Below, one piece after another: positions 1 to 11,860 of a DNA stretch of 64,000 bases. How positions within the stretch are numbered: position 1 is the stretch's first letter; the number at the start of each line of letters is the position of its first letter. The position numbers and the translations under genes were made by a program. Source of the stretch: Leptonemataceae bacterium (GTDB taxonomy: Bacteria; Spirochaetota; Leptospiria; Leptospirales; Leptonemataceae). Below the pieces are notes generated by a model, which worked only from the letters and a program-made list of their open reading frames with translations, did not search any database and was not told the DNA's origin. The stretch spans positions 896,001 to 960,000 of the forward strand of contig OZ245742.1 of assembly GCA_965227295.1 (NCBI GenBank), given 5' to 3'.

Positions 1-686
1 AACGCAAAATCCAGGGAGACGATCTGCTGGTTCTCTACACTGACGGCGTCTCCGAGGCCATGAATTCCCGCAACGAACAGTTCGGACTGGAGCCCTTCAT
101 TAATCTGGTCCGTCACAACAAAGAGCGCAAGCCCGGTGAGATCATCCAGACGGTCTATCGGGAAGTCCTCCAGTTCAGCGGCTCGGACCTGCAGACCGAC
201 GACTTCACCATGCTCGTCTCGCGCTTTCAGGGCACGCTGGAGGGCAGCCGGCGCTATCACATCGAACTCCCGGCGCACAAAGCGAGCATTCCGGCGCTCC
301 GCGATCAGCTCATGCAAATTTGCATTCGCCACGGGCTTTTCGGCGACGAACTGGACGATATCCTGCTCGTGTCGGACGAGGCCGCCACGAATATCGTGGT
401 CCACGCCTACGCGGACAGCGAGCTTCCGGACCCCCGGTTCGAATGTGATTTACAAATAGAATCGCACAATTATGTTCGCATAAATTTCCGGGATCGGGGT
501 CGCCCCTTCCGCATGGACCAGGTCCAGCAGCCGGATGTCAGGCAGAATCTCGCGGGAAAACGCAAAGGCGGATTCGGTGTGTATCTCATTAAGTCACTCA
601 TGACTCGCGTGGAGTATCGCCGGGAAGACGGCGTCAATTATCTGAGCGCCGAAAAGGACTTACAGCGAACCCATCAGTACCGGTAA
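1..686 (+). CDS. SpoIIE/PP2C phosphatase fused to RsbW-like anti-sigma/HATPase domain (5'-truncated by window)
   Basis: Frame is open from the window start (…DLLVLYTDGVSEAMN…DDFT, PP2C motifs), then DEAATNIVVHAY, DRGRPF and GGFGVYLIKSLM (HATPase_c_2 N/G boxes). Confidence 0.9.
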   Translation, partial: RKIQGDDLLVLYTDGVSEAMNSRNEQFGLEPFINLVRHNKERKPGEIIQTVYREVLQFSGSDLQTDDFTMLVSRFQGTLEGSRRYHIELPAHKASIPALRDQLMQICIRHGLFGDELDDILLVSDEAATNIVVHAYADSELPDPRFECDLQIESHNYVRINFRDRGRPFRMDQVQQPDVRQNLAGKRKGGFGVYLIKSLMTRVEYRREDGVNYLSAEKDLQRTHQYR

Positions 687-748
687 GAAATTTATCCTAA
701 TTACGTTAGCAATTTTTAAGCAAGCAGCAATTACGAGGAAGAAGGCAC

Positions 749-1081
749 ATGAGTCTGAATGTCAAAGAAACGGACAAATACCTGGTAGTCGGTCTGTCCG
801 GACGCATGGACGTACACCTCGCTTCCGACACCGAAAACAAACTGAACGATCTCATCAAAAAGAATGCCGACAAGAACGTCATTCTGAACCTCGAAGACGT
901 CGAGTACATGTCGTCCTCGGGCCTGCGGGTCTTCGTGTCCCTTATGCGAAACCTGAAGGAGTCCAATCGCGAGCTGAAGCTCTCCAACCTCTCGGTGGCG
1001 GTTCGTAAGGTTTTCGAAGTTGTCGAGCTGATGGATATGTTCGATATCTACGAGTCGGAAGAAGAGGCCCTCGCGTCCTGA
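749..1081 (+). CDS. STAS-domain anti-sigma factor antagonist (RsbV/SpoIIAA-like)
   Basis: 110 aa; LSGRMD and LNLEDVEYMSSSGLRV with the conserved phospho-Ser position; purine-rich RBS upstream. Confidence 0.93.
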   Translation: MSLNVKETDKYLVVGLSGRMDVHLASDTENKLNDLIKKNADKNVILNLEDVEYMSSSGLRVFVSLMRNLKESNRELKLSNLSVAVRKVFEVVELMDMFDIYESEEEALAS

Positions 1082-1100
1082 ACCGGTAGCAGCACCATCA

Positions 1101-3620
1101 ATGGTACCATCCCTCCGGAGGCGGATCATAAGCCGGATCGGTCGCCTCTTCGGGCTGCACCCCGATGTCAGCGGTCTAATTTCCGGCGCGTTCCGGCTCG
1201 TAAATCCCAAGAACTCCGCGCTGCCGACGGAAAACCTGCCGTTGGTTTCGCGCGTCATCGCTTCGGGTCTCTGGAACTACAGCTTCTTCCAGTTCTATCC
1301 CAACTTTTCCCGGCCGTTCTGGGCGGAGCGTCAGTACGACGTCGGCGATCCGGCGTACCTGCCGCGAGCCGGCTCGCCCATCTCCGTAAATCTTACGCAT
1401 CGAACCTGGATGGGACTCCGCTCGCCTTCAGGAACGTCCTTCGGCCTCGTCGATCCGGCGGGCAGTCTTTCCCCGGTGATCGGATACTACAGCATCGAGA
1501 TGGGCCTCCTGGAACGCCGACCGGACGGCGATCACCTCAGCCTGGCCGTTAAGAAGAACGATTTTGAAGTTAAGCAGGAACTCGTGCGTCATCTTCCGGT
1601 ACCGCGCACGATCTATCGCAGTGAGAACCTGCGTGTAAGGTGGACCGTCGCCGGCAGCTCGGACAATCCGAATGTTTTGCTCTCGTCGTTGCAGTATCGC
1701 TACGAGGGCAAACACCAGGCCTGGCTCGTTCTCGGCATTCGCCCGTTCAATCCCGAGGGACCGGCGTCGCTGGCACGCATTCGTTATACTCCGGGCGACG
1801 CCGCCCTGGGCGGCGGCATCGTCGAACTGAACGGTCTGCGCGAACTCAAGCTCCTCACGACACCGGATCGCGTGTTGCTTTCGAACCTCGCACAGGGCGA
1901 TGCATATTACCACGGCTCGGAACTGCGCCACATCGACTGCGACATGGGTGTGGCAACGGCGGCTCTGCTCTTTCCGCTCGACCGCAATACGAAAGGCGAG
2001 GTCGCGTTCATTGCACGATCCTACGAACGCGAGATACTGTCCAGCACCGACGAGCAACTCATCCGCACGCTCTTACAGGACAGCGGCACCGTAAAAAGAA
2101 AACGCGCGGCAAAACTTCGCGAAAACCTGAAGTACATGAGCGAGTATCGAGTGCGCCGAAAAACCAAGCGCCTCAAGAACCTGGATACGGCGGCGGTCTT
2201 CGATCCGCACGGCAGCGTAATCTTAAAAACGGCGACGGTTTCCTCGGGCATCGGGCGCACGGTGCGCCGCTGGGAAGGCCTGCTGGATCGCGGGGCCGCT
2301 TTTCAGTGCGCGCGCAATTCCTGGACCGAGGCGGCGCAGGTTTTTTCCGGTCATTTACTGTCGTTGCAAACCGGCACGAGCATAACGCCCGGTGTCTTTA
2401 CGTATCGCCTGTTCTGGTTTCGCGACGCCGCCTTTATGCTGTCTTCGTTGCTGGCCTGGAACTTCGTCGAAGAAACGGACCGCGTCATTCATACGTACTC
2501 CAACCGCATCGACCGGCGCGGTTTCTTTCGTTCGCAGGAAGGCGAATGGGATTCCAACGGCCAGGCCCTGTGGACGCTCGCGGAGTACGCCCGGCACACC
2601 GGCGCGCATAAGTTTCTGCGTAAGATCTTCCCGCTGATGGTTAAGGGCTCAGACTGGATCCTGCGCAAGCGCCGCGAAGGTTACGAGCACCGCCTTATGC
2701 CTTCGGGTTTTTCCGCCGAACACCTGGGCCCGGCGGACTTCTATTATTGGGACAACCTCTGGTCCATCGGCGGCCTGGAACGCACGGTGGAAATCGCGCG
2801 GCGTTTCGGCGAAACGAAGACCGCGTCCCGGCTCGCCGAGGGCCTGGAGTACTATCGCAAAGACATACTGGAACTTTCCGCCGAAGACCGGCGCCGCCTC
2901 GGAATCCTGCCGGCGGCTCCCGGTCGCGGCATCGACGGCGGCATCATCGGCAGCGTGTGTTTGCTGTATCCTCTGGAACTCAAGCTCTTTCCGGAAGATG
3001 AGGTGCGTCGGACCATCGAAACAATCTACACGCATTTTTTTCCGGAAGGGCTGTTCTATCAGCCCGTCATTCACTCGGGCTACAACATCTATCTTTCGAT
3101 CCAGGTGGCGCAGTGTTTCTTTCGCCTGGGCAACATCGATCGCGCGCGAGAAATTCTAAAAACCGTGCTGCGGCGCCGCACGGACCTGTGGACGTATCCG
3201 GAAGCCGTGCATCCGCGCACCGGCGGCGGCGTAATGGGCGACGGCTACCACGGCTGGGCCTTCGCCGAAATACTCATGCTGCTGCGCGTGTTCGCCGCCT
3301 ACCGTCGCGACACCACGCTGGAGATTTTTTCCGGCCTGCGCAAGCGCGAACTCTTCGGCGGGCCACTCAAGTTCGGCCCGTTCCCCATGGACGGCAGCAA
3401 ACTGTCTATGAGTGGAAGTTTGTCCGAGAAAAGCGGCGAACTCATGATCGAGTATCCGGACGTATCCGCGACCGGCGCCGAACGCCTCCATGTGCACCTG
3501 CCGCTGGAACCCCGGGTTCTGGGCAGCATCCGTGTGGAAGGCGCCCGGGTGATCGGCGGCGAAGATCGCTTGCTGAAACTCGGCGATCTCAGTGACCGCA
3601 TTCGGCTTAAGTACGGCTGA
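1101..3620 (+). CDS. Six-hairpin (alpha/alpha)6 glycoside hydrolase-like protein (GH15/amylo-alpha-1,6-glucosidase-like)
   Basis: 839 aa; Y-x-x-FWFRDAAF, EWDSNGQALW, YYWDNLW and C-terminal PEA…GDGYHGWA motifs typical of six-hairpin glycosidases. Confidence 0.7.
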   Translation: MVPSLRRRIISRIGRLFGLHPDVSGLISGAFRLVNPKNSALPTENLPLVSRVIASGLWNYSFFQFYPNFSRPFWAERQYDVGDPAYLPRAGSPISVNLTHRTWMGLRSPSGTSFGLVDPAGSLSPVIGYYSIEMGLLERRPDGDHLSLAVKKNDFEVKQELVRHLPVPRTIYRSENLRVRWTVAGSSDNPNVLLSSLQYRYEGKHQAWLVLGIRPFNPEGPASLARIRYTPGDAALGGGIVELNGLRELKLLTTPDRVLLSNLAQGDAYYHGSELRHIDCDMGVATAALLFPLDRNTKGEVAFIARSYEREILSSTDEQLIRTLLQDSGTVKRKRAAKLRENLKYMSEYRVRRKTKRLKNLDTAAVFDPHGSVILKTATVSSGIGRTVRRWEGLLDRGAAFQCARNSWTEAAQVFSGHLLSLQTGTSITPGVFTYRLFWFRDAAFMLSSLLAWNFVEETDRVIHTYSNRIDRRGFFRSQEGEWDSNGQALWTLAEYARHTGAHKFLRKIFPLMVKGSDWILRKRREGYEHRLMPSGFSAEHLGPADFYYWDNLWSIGGLERTVEIARRFGETKTASRLAEGLEYYRKDILELSAEDRRRLGILPAAPGRGIDGGIIGSVCLLYPLELKLFPEDEVRRTIETIYTHFFPEGLFYQPVIHSGYNIYLSIQVAQCFFRLGNIDRAREILKTVLRRRTDLWTYPEAVHPRTGGGVMGDGYHGWAFAEILMLLRVFAAYRRDTTLEIFSGLRKRELFGGPLKFGPFPMDGSKLSMSGSLSEKSGELMIEYPDVSATGAERLHVHLPLEPRVLGSIRVEGARVIGGEDRLLKLGDLSDRIRLKYG

Positions 3621-3643
3621 CTGTACTTTAACCGGAAACAGAC

Positions 3644-3865
3644 ATGCGCGAATACATCGTCGCCTACAACTTCAAGAATGCCCGCGGCCAGGCCGGTCTG
3701 GGTTACGTGGAATGGACCGCATCCCACGGCCTCCGCGATCAGGCCGAACACGCCGGCTTTGATTCGATCACGCGCTACGTCGTAAACTTGATCGAACAGA
3801 AGGCCGAGGACTTTGCACCCGGAAGCATTGTGCCGATCAACATCCAGCGACTGGATGAGCTATAG
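3644..3865 (+). CDS. Small hypothetical protein
   Basis: 73 aa ORF with ATG start 23 nt after the upstream stop; natural composition; fills the gap. Confidence 0.55.
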   Translation: MREYIVAYNFKNARGQAGLGYVEWTASHGLRDQAEHAGFDSITRYVVNLIEQKAEDFAPGSIVPINIQRLDEL

Positions 3866-3879
3866 GCGCGAAGCCGCAC

Positions 3880-4878
3880 CTACCGAACAAAACCTTCCAG
3901 TTCGCGGCTCAGTTTCTCTTCCAGGTCGCGAATGCGCTTGTAAAGCAACACCCGTTGATTGCGGATGTCAAAGCGCAGCGAGGCCTCGTCGTTCGCCAAC
4001 AGGATCGTCGGTTTACCCCGACCCCAGGCATAGCCCACTTCCAGGTAGACGTTCGGACTGGCGTCACTGACGTCCGCGATCACCACCCGCGCCGAATCGA
4101 TGGACGCCTTGATGCGATCAAGAATGTCCCCGGTAAATGCGCTCTGATCCACGCGTTCGCACAACAGCCCGCTGCGATGCACCGGCGGTTCGATGCCGTA
4201 ATGAAATACGTCGTCGTACTCTTCGCGAAAAGGCATGGCAACAAAGGCGTGCGGCTTCGGTTCCTCCGCCGTGGAACCAAGCAGTTGCGCAAAGGAATCG
4301 CGGCCGGCGTCGCTGCGTGGGATCTCGTAGGTCCAGGGCGATTCGTTTCGCGAAAACTTGCTGTCTTTCAGATAAGCGTCGATGTGATCCTGCAATCGCT
4401 GAGCACGCTTGCGCTGGAACTCGACGATCGTAATTTCTTCGAGGGAAGGCGCGACGCGATGTTCGCGCACGGCGTCGACGATACCTTTGAACTGAGCCAC
4501 GGCGGACTCGCCTTCATCGAGGCCGTACCCCGCCCCGTGCAACGTCATGATCACACGTTTCGCTTTCGGGAGTTCGTCGCGCAGGATTTCCAGAGCGCGA
4601 ACGGTAAACGCGCGAATCTCGGAGTACCGAAACTGACCCAGGCGCGGCGTGCCGATATAAAGAGCATGCTCTGCACGGATGGCGCCGCGTGTGTCCACCA
4701 CGGCATGGCGATCCACCGGGACCGTGAGCGTTTCTTCAGAGATACCGCGAGCGGTGAGCGCGTCCTTGACCTGCTTATCCGCACCGTGAAAAGTGCGGGC
4801 GAACTTGAGCACCGCCGCATCCGCCTGGGCCTCGAGAATGTTTGCGAATTCAATACGAAAGCGAATGCTCACGGACAT
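3880..4878 (-). CDS. Macro-like domain + nucleoside 2-deoxyribosyltransferase/TIR-like domain fusion
   Basis: N-half: NILEAQADAAV…HGAD…MTLHGAGYGLD…EITIVE (macro-like order of motifs). C-half: AFVAMPF…RVD…VIADVSDASPNVYLEVGYAWGRGKPTILL (NDT-like). Confidence 0.7.
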   Translation of the reverse strand: MSVSIRFRIEFANILEAQADAAVLKFARTFHGADKQVKDALTARGISEETLTVPVDRHAVVDTRGAIRAEHALYIGTPRLGQFRYSEIRAFTVRALEILRDELPKAKRVIMTLHGAGYGLDEGESAVAQFKGIVDAVREHRVAPSLEEITIVEFQRKRAQRLQDHIDAYLKDSKFSRNESPWTYEIPRSDAGRDSFAQLLGSTAEEPKPHAFVAMPFREEYDDVFHYGIEPPVHRSGLLCERVDQSAFTGDILDRIKASIDSARVVIADVSDASPNVYLEVGYAWGRGKPTILLANDEASLRFDIRNQRVLLYKRIRDLEEKLSRELEGFVR

Positions 4879-5201
4879 TAGAGGCGCTTGTGTGCGGTGA
4901 TATGTTTCTTGAACTCGGCGCTACCAAAGCTCGCGTCCACCCGAATGATTTCCGGCGCCCGATACGGATGGTTTTCCATAATGAACTTTTCGATGTCTTC
5001 GTAGTAACCGTCGCGGGCCTTCATCATGAGCTTGAACTCTTCATCCAGGTGGATCTCACCTTCCCAGAGAAAGACCGTTTTCACCGGATAATACGTGCCG
5101 CTTAATATCAAGCCTTCGTGCAGAAGATTTACGAGCATCTCCTGGGCGAGGTCTTCTTCGTTTACGGCGGTGAATAGTATAAGTTCGTCGGTGGCGGCCA
5201 T
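4878..5201 (-). CDS. cutA: Divalent-cation tolerance protein CutA
   Basis: 107 aa; WEGEI…EE…K and HPYRAPEII match the CutA pattern. Confidence 0.85.
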   Translation of the reverse strand: MAATDELILFTAVNEEDLAQEMLVNLLHEGLILSGTYYPVKTVFLWEGEIHLDEEFKLMMKARDGYYEDIEKFIMENHPYRAPEIIRVDASFGSAEFKKHITAHKRL

Positions 5202-5286
5202 GCAGACATCCTCTGGAAACGCGCGGGATCGCTAACGTTTTCCTAACATTGCCGTGCGCGCGACCGGCGGGCGTCAATGACTTTTA

Positions 5287-6255
5287 CTATTGCGAGTACG
5301 AGCGCAAGAACTCCAGCAACGTCGGATGCACGGCGTCGGCCCGTTCCCATTGCACAATGTGACCGGCGTCCGCCACGGATAGAAACGTTGATCGCGGCAG
5401 CGCCGCCCGTAGCTCCAGGCCCGTCTCATACGATATGATTTGATCCTCTTTCCCCCACACGATCAAGAGCGGGATGCCGGAAGCGCCCAGGCGTTCGTAC
5501 GCCGGTCGCATGCCGGCCAGGGGCATGTGTCGCAGCGAGGACAACAACGCCCCCTTCGTTCCATACACGTACATCTGCGGTTCAAAACGGCGGCGGTACT
5601 CTTCAAAAAGTTTCTGATTATGGAGATTCGTATGCAGTCGATTCAGGAAGATCGAATGACCGAAGACCTTCACAAAGTAATCGCCGATGATCGGAAGTTT
5701 CGCCACGTAGGCCGGCGCGGGCAAACTCACATCAAAACCGGCCGGGGCAATCAAGGTCAACGTACGCAGACGTTCCGGTGAACGATCAACGAAGTCCACG
5801 GCGATCACGCCGCCCATGGACAGAGCAACCACGTGGATGCGCCGGCCTTGGCGAAATTCGGGGCCGGCAAAAGCGAGCAGCTCCTGCAACTGACGACGAT
5901 AGAGTGCGGGCGTATGATCCGCATGCGGGCGATCCGAGTAGCCACGACCGTAGATGTCGTAACGCAGTACGCGATAACCCGCGGCGGTCAACGTACGAAA
6001 GGCATGCTCCCAGACGAACATGGGCGTGGCCATGCCGCTTACGAACACGACACCCTGGGCTCCCGGCGGTCCGGCAAGATCGTAATGCGTGACGCCGTCC
6101 GACAGACGCACAAGTTTCTGCACGGCCCCGGGCGGCGCTTCGTTCCGATGTTGGACCGCCGTGCGATGCTCCGGATCGCAGACGTGAAAGGGAATCAGCA
6201 CGGCGAGAATCAAAATCTCCAGCGTGAGAAGCTTTCGAAACAGGGCGTTACTCAT
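5287..6255 (-). CDS. Alpha/beta hydrolase with N-terminal membrane anchor or signal
   Basis: DIYGRGYS, ALSMGG nucleophile elbow, WGKEDQII acid and AGH catalytic His; ATG at 6255. Confidence 0.85.
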   Translation of the reverse strand: MSNALFRKLLTLEILILAVLIPFHVCDPEHRTAVQHRNEAPPGAVQKLVRLSDGVTHYDLAGPPGAQGVVFVSGMATPMFVWEHAFRTLTAAGYRVLRYDIYGRGYSDRPHADHTPALYRRQLQELLAFAGPEFRQGRRIHVVALSMGGVIAVDFVDRSPERLRTLTLIAPAGFDVSLPAPAYVAKLPIIGDYFVKVFGHSIFLNRLHTNLHNQKLFEEYRRRFEPQMYVYGTKGALLSSLRHMPLAGMRPAYERLGASGIPLLIVWGKEDQIISYETGLELRAALPRSTFLSVADAGHIVQWERADAVHPTLLEFLRSYSQ

Positions 6256-6271
6256 GGCAGGTGACTCGCGC

Positions 6272-6308
6272 AAAGAAAAAGCCCCGGGACGTTCATCGCC
6301 GGGGCTTT
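6272..6308 (-). terminator. Intrinsic terminator of the acyl-CoA ligase gene
   Basis: Stem AAAGCCCCGG…CCGGGGCTTT with a U-tract on the minus strand, 25 nt past the stop at 6333. Confidence 0.8.
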
Positions 6309-6332
6309 GCTGCGTTGTGCATGTTGCAAGGA

Positions 6333-8216
6333 TCAGTCGTACATCGACTCGATGAGATCGGTGTACTTGTCCGTAACAATGTGGCGCTTGATTTTGAAAA
6401 TGTTGGTGAGTTCATCACCAACCTCGAACGGCTTCGGCAACAGACGCACATCCGTAACACGCTCGAAGGACTTGAAGCCGTTGTTGCCGCTGATGAGGGT
6501 CTTCACCTCCTCGCGAATCATTTGCTCGGCTTCTTTGTTTTTCGCGATCTCTTCAAGAGTCTCGCCGTAGTCCTTCATCATGTCCGGGTTAACGACAATG
6601 AGCGCCGCGAGGGTTTTCTTGTCCTGGCCGACGACCATGCACTGATCCACGAGCGCGGACTGCACGATCTTGTTTTCGATTGGTACCGGCTCCACGTTCT
6701 CGCCGCCGAGCAGGACCACCGTCTCTTTCGAGCGACCGACGATCTTCAGCGTGTTGTTGTACGTGATGATGCCGAGGTCCCCGGTGTTCATCCAGCCGTC
6801 GTTGAGCACCTTCTCGGTGGCCTCGGGGTTCTTGTAATAACCCTTCATGACCTGCGGACCCTTCGCATGGATCTCGCCCTTCACGCCTTTTTTCGGCGGG
6901 TAGATGACGTTGCCCGAGGACGGGTCCACCAGGCGAATGTCGGTGTTCGGGAAGATGGGGCCCACGGAACCGATGACGAGTTTCGGGAACGTGCGCACCG
7001 CGAGGACCGGCGAGGTTTCGGTCATGCCGTAGCCTTCCAGAACCGGAATGCCGATGTTATTGAAGAACTCGTCCACGTGCAACGGCAGAGCGCCGCCGCC
7101 GGAAACGGAACCGCGCAGTTGACCGCCCGTGGCCGCCCGAATCTTCGAGAGCACAATGGCATTGAGCGCCGCGTACGGTAGAGCGAAGATGATGATCCGG
7201 AAGATGTGACCGATGGCCTTAACCAGCGAGACAATCGGATTGCGCCCCGTTAAGTCCAGTTGCTTAAAACTTAAGAAGCGAATGGACCCTTTCACCATGC
7301 GCGCGCAGAAGTAGGCGGCGTTGAACAGCTTCTGCCGGACGGCCGGAGCGCTGTCGATGTTCCGGCGAATTCCCAGGTATACGTTTTCCCAGAGACGCGG
7401 CGCCGAAGCCATGAACGTCGGCTTCACGGAGGCCATGTCCTCGCGGATGTTCCGGATGTTCGTGTAGTACGTCGGCGCGCCCTTGGAGATGGCGATCATT
7501 TCGAACACGAGTTCGAAGACGTGCCATACCGGAAGAATCGAAAGGATGCGGTCGTTCTGCTGCACCGGAACCGGGATGACCCGCACCTGCGAGATCATGT
7601 TCTTGTGCATGAGCTGCACGCCCTTCGGAGCACCGGTGGTGCCGGAGGTGTAGATGAGGGTAAAAAGATCGTCGGGCTGAATTTGCTCGATGCGTTTCTC
7701 GATCTCCTTGTTGCCGTCGGCCTGCATCTTCTTGCCTTTCTCAATGAGATCGTAGAGATGCAGCACGTCCCCGCCCGGCTTCGTGTCTTTGTCCATCATG
7801 ATGATGGTCTTCACGTTCGGAAGCTGACCGAGATTGTTCTGTACTTTCTTGAGGGTCGCGGCATCCTCGACGAACACGACCTTCGCGTCGGAGTGCGGGA
7901 TGATGTACTGGATGTCTTGATCGGTAACGTCCGTTCCCCGGGGGACGCTGGCAGCACCGGCCATGTGAATGCCGTAGGTGCAAACGATCCATTCCAGTCG
8001 GTTATCGGCCAAAAGGGAGACGTGATCCCGGGACTGAACTCCCAGGTCTGTGAGGGCCGTGGCCAGGGCGGCACCCATCTCATATATTTCTTTGTAGGTC
8101 GTCGGGTTAAAGTTCTTATTCGCGTCGCGTGTGAAAAACGCGGGCGAGTCGCCGTAAGTTTCGGCTGCCCGGCGATACATATCGGCCAGGTTCTCGGCTT
8201 GCAATACTGGATTCAC
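6333..8216 (-). CDS. fadD: Long-chain fatty acid-CoA ligase (AMP-binding)
   Basis: YTSGTTGAPKG, GYGMTE, TGD and GRSKE motifs; GTG start at 8216 preceded by GGAGGT SD (the ORF-track start at 8309 is too long). Confidence 0.92.
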   Translation of the reverse strand: MNPVLQAENLADMYRRAAETYGDSPAFFTRDANKNFNPTTYKEIYEMGAALATALTDLGVQSRDHVSLLADNRLEWIVCTYGIHMAGAASVPRGTDVTDQDIQYIIPHSDAKVVFVEDAATLKKVQNNLGQLPNVKTIIMMDKDTKPGGDVLHLYDLIEKGKKMQADGNKEIEKRIEQIQPDDLFTLIYTSGTTGAPKGVQLMHKNMISQVRVIPVPVQQNDRILSILPVWHVFELVFEMIAISKGAPTYYTNIRNIREDMASVKPTFMASAPRLWENVYLGIRRNIDSAPAVRQKLFNAAYFCARMVKGSIRFLSFKQLDLTGRNPIVSLVKAIGHIFRIIIFALPYAALNAIVLSKIRAATGGQLRGSVSGGGALPLHVDEFFNNIGIPVLEGYGMTETSPVLAVRTFPKLVIGSVGPIFPNTDIRLVDPSSGNVIYPPKKGVKGEIHAKGPQVMKGYYKNPEATEKVLNDGWMNTGDLGIITYNNTLKIVGRSKETVVLLGGENVEPVPIENKIVQSALVDQCMVVGQDKKTLAALIVVNPDMMKDYGETLEEIAKNKEAEQMIREEVKTLISGNNGFKSFERVTDVRLLPKPFEVGDELTNIFKIKRHIVTDKYTDLIESMYD

Positions 8217-8313
8217 TACTACCTCCGCATGTCCGGATCGTTTGTTTTGATGTTGTTTAAACGGAAAAAAGATTTGATCAAGAGAGGGGCAAGTCGAACA
8301 AACAAGCACGCGA

Positions 8314-9150
8314 ATGTCAAGTTTTTATGAGAGATACGATGCCGTGCGCCGGGACCGCGAATCGCTGTTGTGCGTCGGCCTTGACCCGGACCCCGACAAA
8401 CTTCCCCCCGGCTATGATTCAGGCGACATAATCGAAAATCTAAGGGCCTTTCTCGGAGACATCATCAGCTCCACTGCGCCCTACGCCGTAGCCTACAAAC
8501 CCAACCTCGCCTTCTACGAAGTTCTCGGCTCCCGGGGCATGGCCCTCTTCGAAGACGTCATCACCATGATCCGCGAGGCCGCATCCCATGCGTTAATCAT
8601 CGCCGATGCCAAGCGCGGTGACATCGGCAACACCGCATCCTTTTACGCAAAAGCCTTCTTCGAAACCTACAACTGCGACGCGATCACCCTGAGCCCCTAC
8701 ATGGGTCTCGACAGCCTGGCCCCCTTTCTTGCGGACGCGTATGCCGATCGGGCGGTCGTGGTGCTCTGCCACACGTCGAATCCCGGCGCGCCGGAACTCC
8801 AGGACGCCGGTGAACCGCCGTTGTATCTACGCATTGCCACGAAGGCACAAGAACGCTTCCGGACGACCGGCCGCCGCGATTTCTGGCTGGTTGTGGGCGC
8901 CACCCGCGATGCCGGCTCCATCGCGACCATCCGCAAGACGGCCCCGAACGTGCCCTTTCTCGTTCCGGGTGTCGGAGCCCAGGGCGGCAATCCCCACGCC
9001 GTCCTCCGTGCCGCCGGCCGCGACGTGCTGATCAATGCCGGACGGGCCCTGTTGTACGCCGCTCCGCACCGCCAGGACGTGCCGGCTTCCGCCGAACGGG
9101 AAGCCCGTAGTATGTTAGAGTATATGCGTGAATACGCGCACGGTTCCTGA
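8314..9150 (+). CDS. pyrF: Orotidine-5'-phosphate decarboxylase
   Basis: LCVGLDP, YKPN, DAKRGDIGNT, TSNPG, VVGAT and LVPGVGAQGG motifs. Confidence 0.95.
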   Translation: MSSFYERYDAVRRDRESLLCVGLDPDPDKLPPGYDSGDIIENLRAFLGDIISSTAPYAVAYKPNLAFYEVLGSRGMALFEDVITMIREAASHALIIADAKRGDIGNTASFYAKAFFETYNCDAITLSPYMGLDSLAPFLADAYADRAVVVLCHTSNPGAPELQDAGEPPLYLRIATKAQERFRTTGRRDFWLVVGATRDAGSIATIRKTAPNVPFLVPGVGAQGGNPHAVLRAAGRDVLINAGRALLYAAPHRQDVPASAEREARSMLEYMREYAHGS

Positions 9151-9243
9151 ACGAGCACTGTGTAAAGAAACGGATTTTTCCTTTACTAAAGAGGAGCCGG
9201 GAAATCTGAATAAACTCGCACATCGTAAGGAGCATTCTCACGT

Positions 9244-9927
9244 ATGATTCTTCCCAAGAAGATCTTCGGATCGTCCATCGGCCGTAAGGCTGCCATGGCC
9301 GTTACCGGAGCCGGACTCATCGTCTTTCTCATTGGTCACCTTGCCGGCAACCTGTTGATGTTCGCCGGCCAGGACGCCATGAACAGCTACGCCTACGCAC
9401 TCAAGTCCAACCCCGGACTCCTCTGGGGTGCCCGCAGCGGATTGATCGTCATTTTTCTGTTGCACCTCTATCTGGGCATCACGCTGAAAATGGAAAACAG
9501 CCGCGCGCGTCCCACGCGCTACGCTTACAACAATACCATCCAGGCAAGCCTCGCATCGCGCACCATGATCTGGTCGGGTCTTTTGATCCTCGCCTTTCTC
9601 CTCATGCACCTGGGCCACTTTACGCTCGGTTACATCTACCCGGACTACTTTCACATGAAGGACGCCCAGGGCCGCCACGATGCCTACAACATGGTCGTCC
9701 TGGGTTTCCAGGTATGGCCGCTGTCGCTGACTTACATCATCGCCATGTTCATTCTGGCCGCACACTTGAGCCACGGCCTGCCGTCCATGTTTCAGTCCGT
9801 CGGCTGGAACGGCCCGCGCTTTGACGCCATGTTCAAGACCATCGGTCGCGTGCTGGCTCTGCTGCTGCTCGTCGGCTTCAGTTCCATTCCACTCGCGGTG
9901 CTCGCGGGTATCATCAAGCTGCAATAA
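9244..9927 (+). CDS. sdhC: Succinate dehydrogenase cytochrome b558 subunit
   Basis: SSIGRK..MAVTG, HLAGN, about 5 TM segments with heme-ligand His residues; directly upstream of sdhA. Confidence 0.93.
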   Translation: MILPKKIFGSSIGRKAAMAVTGAGLIVFLIGHLAGNLLMFAGQDAMNSYAYALKSNPGLLWGARSGLIVIFLLHLYLGITLKMENSRARPTRYAYNNTIQASLASRTMIWSGLLILAFLLMHLGHFTLGYIYPDYFHMKDAQGRHDAYNMVVLGFQVWPLSLTYIIAMFILAAHLSHGLPSMFQSVGWNGPRFDAMFKTIGRVLALLLLVGFSSIPLAVLAGIIKLQ

Positions 9928-9943
9928 TAACAGGGAGTAAGCA

Positions 9944-11859
<1,916 letters not shown>

Positions 11860-11860
<1 letters not shown>

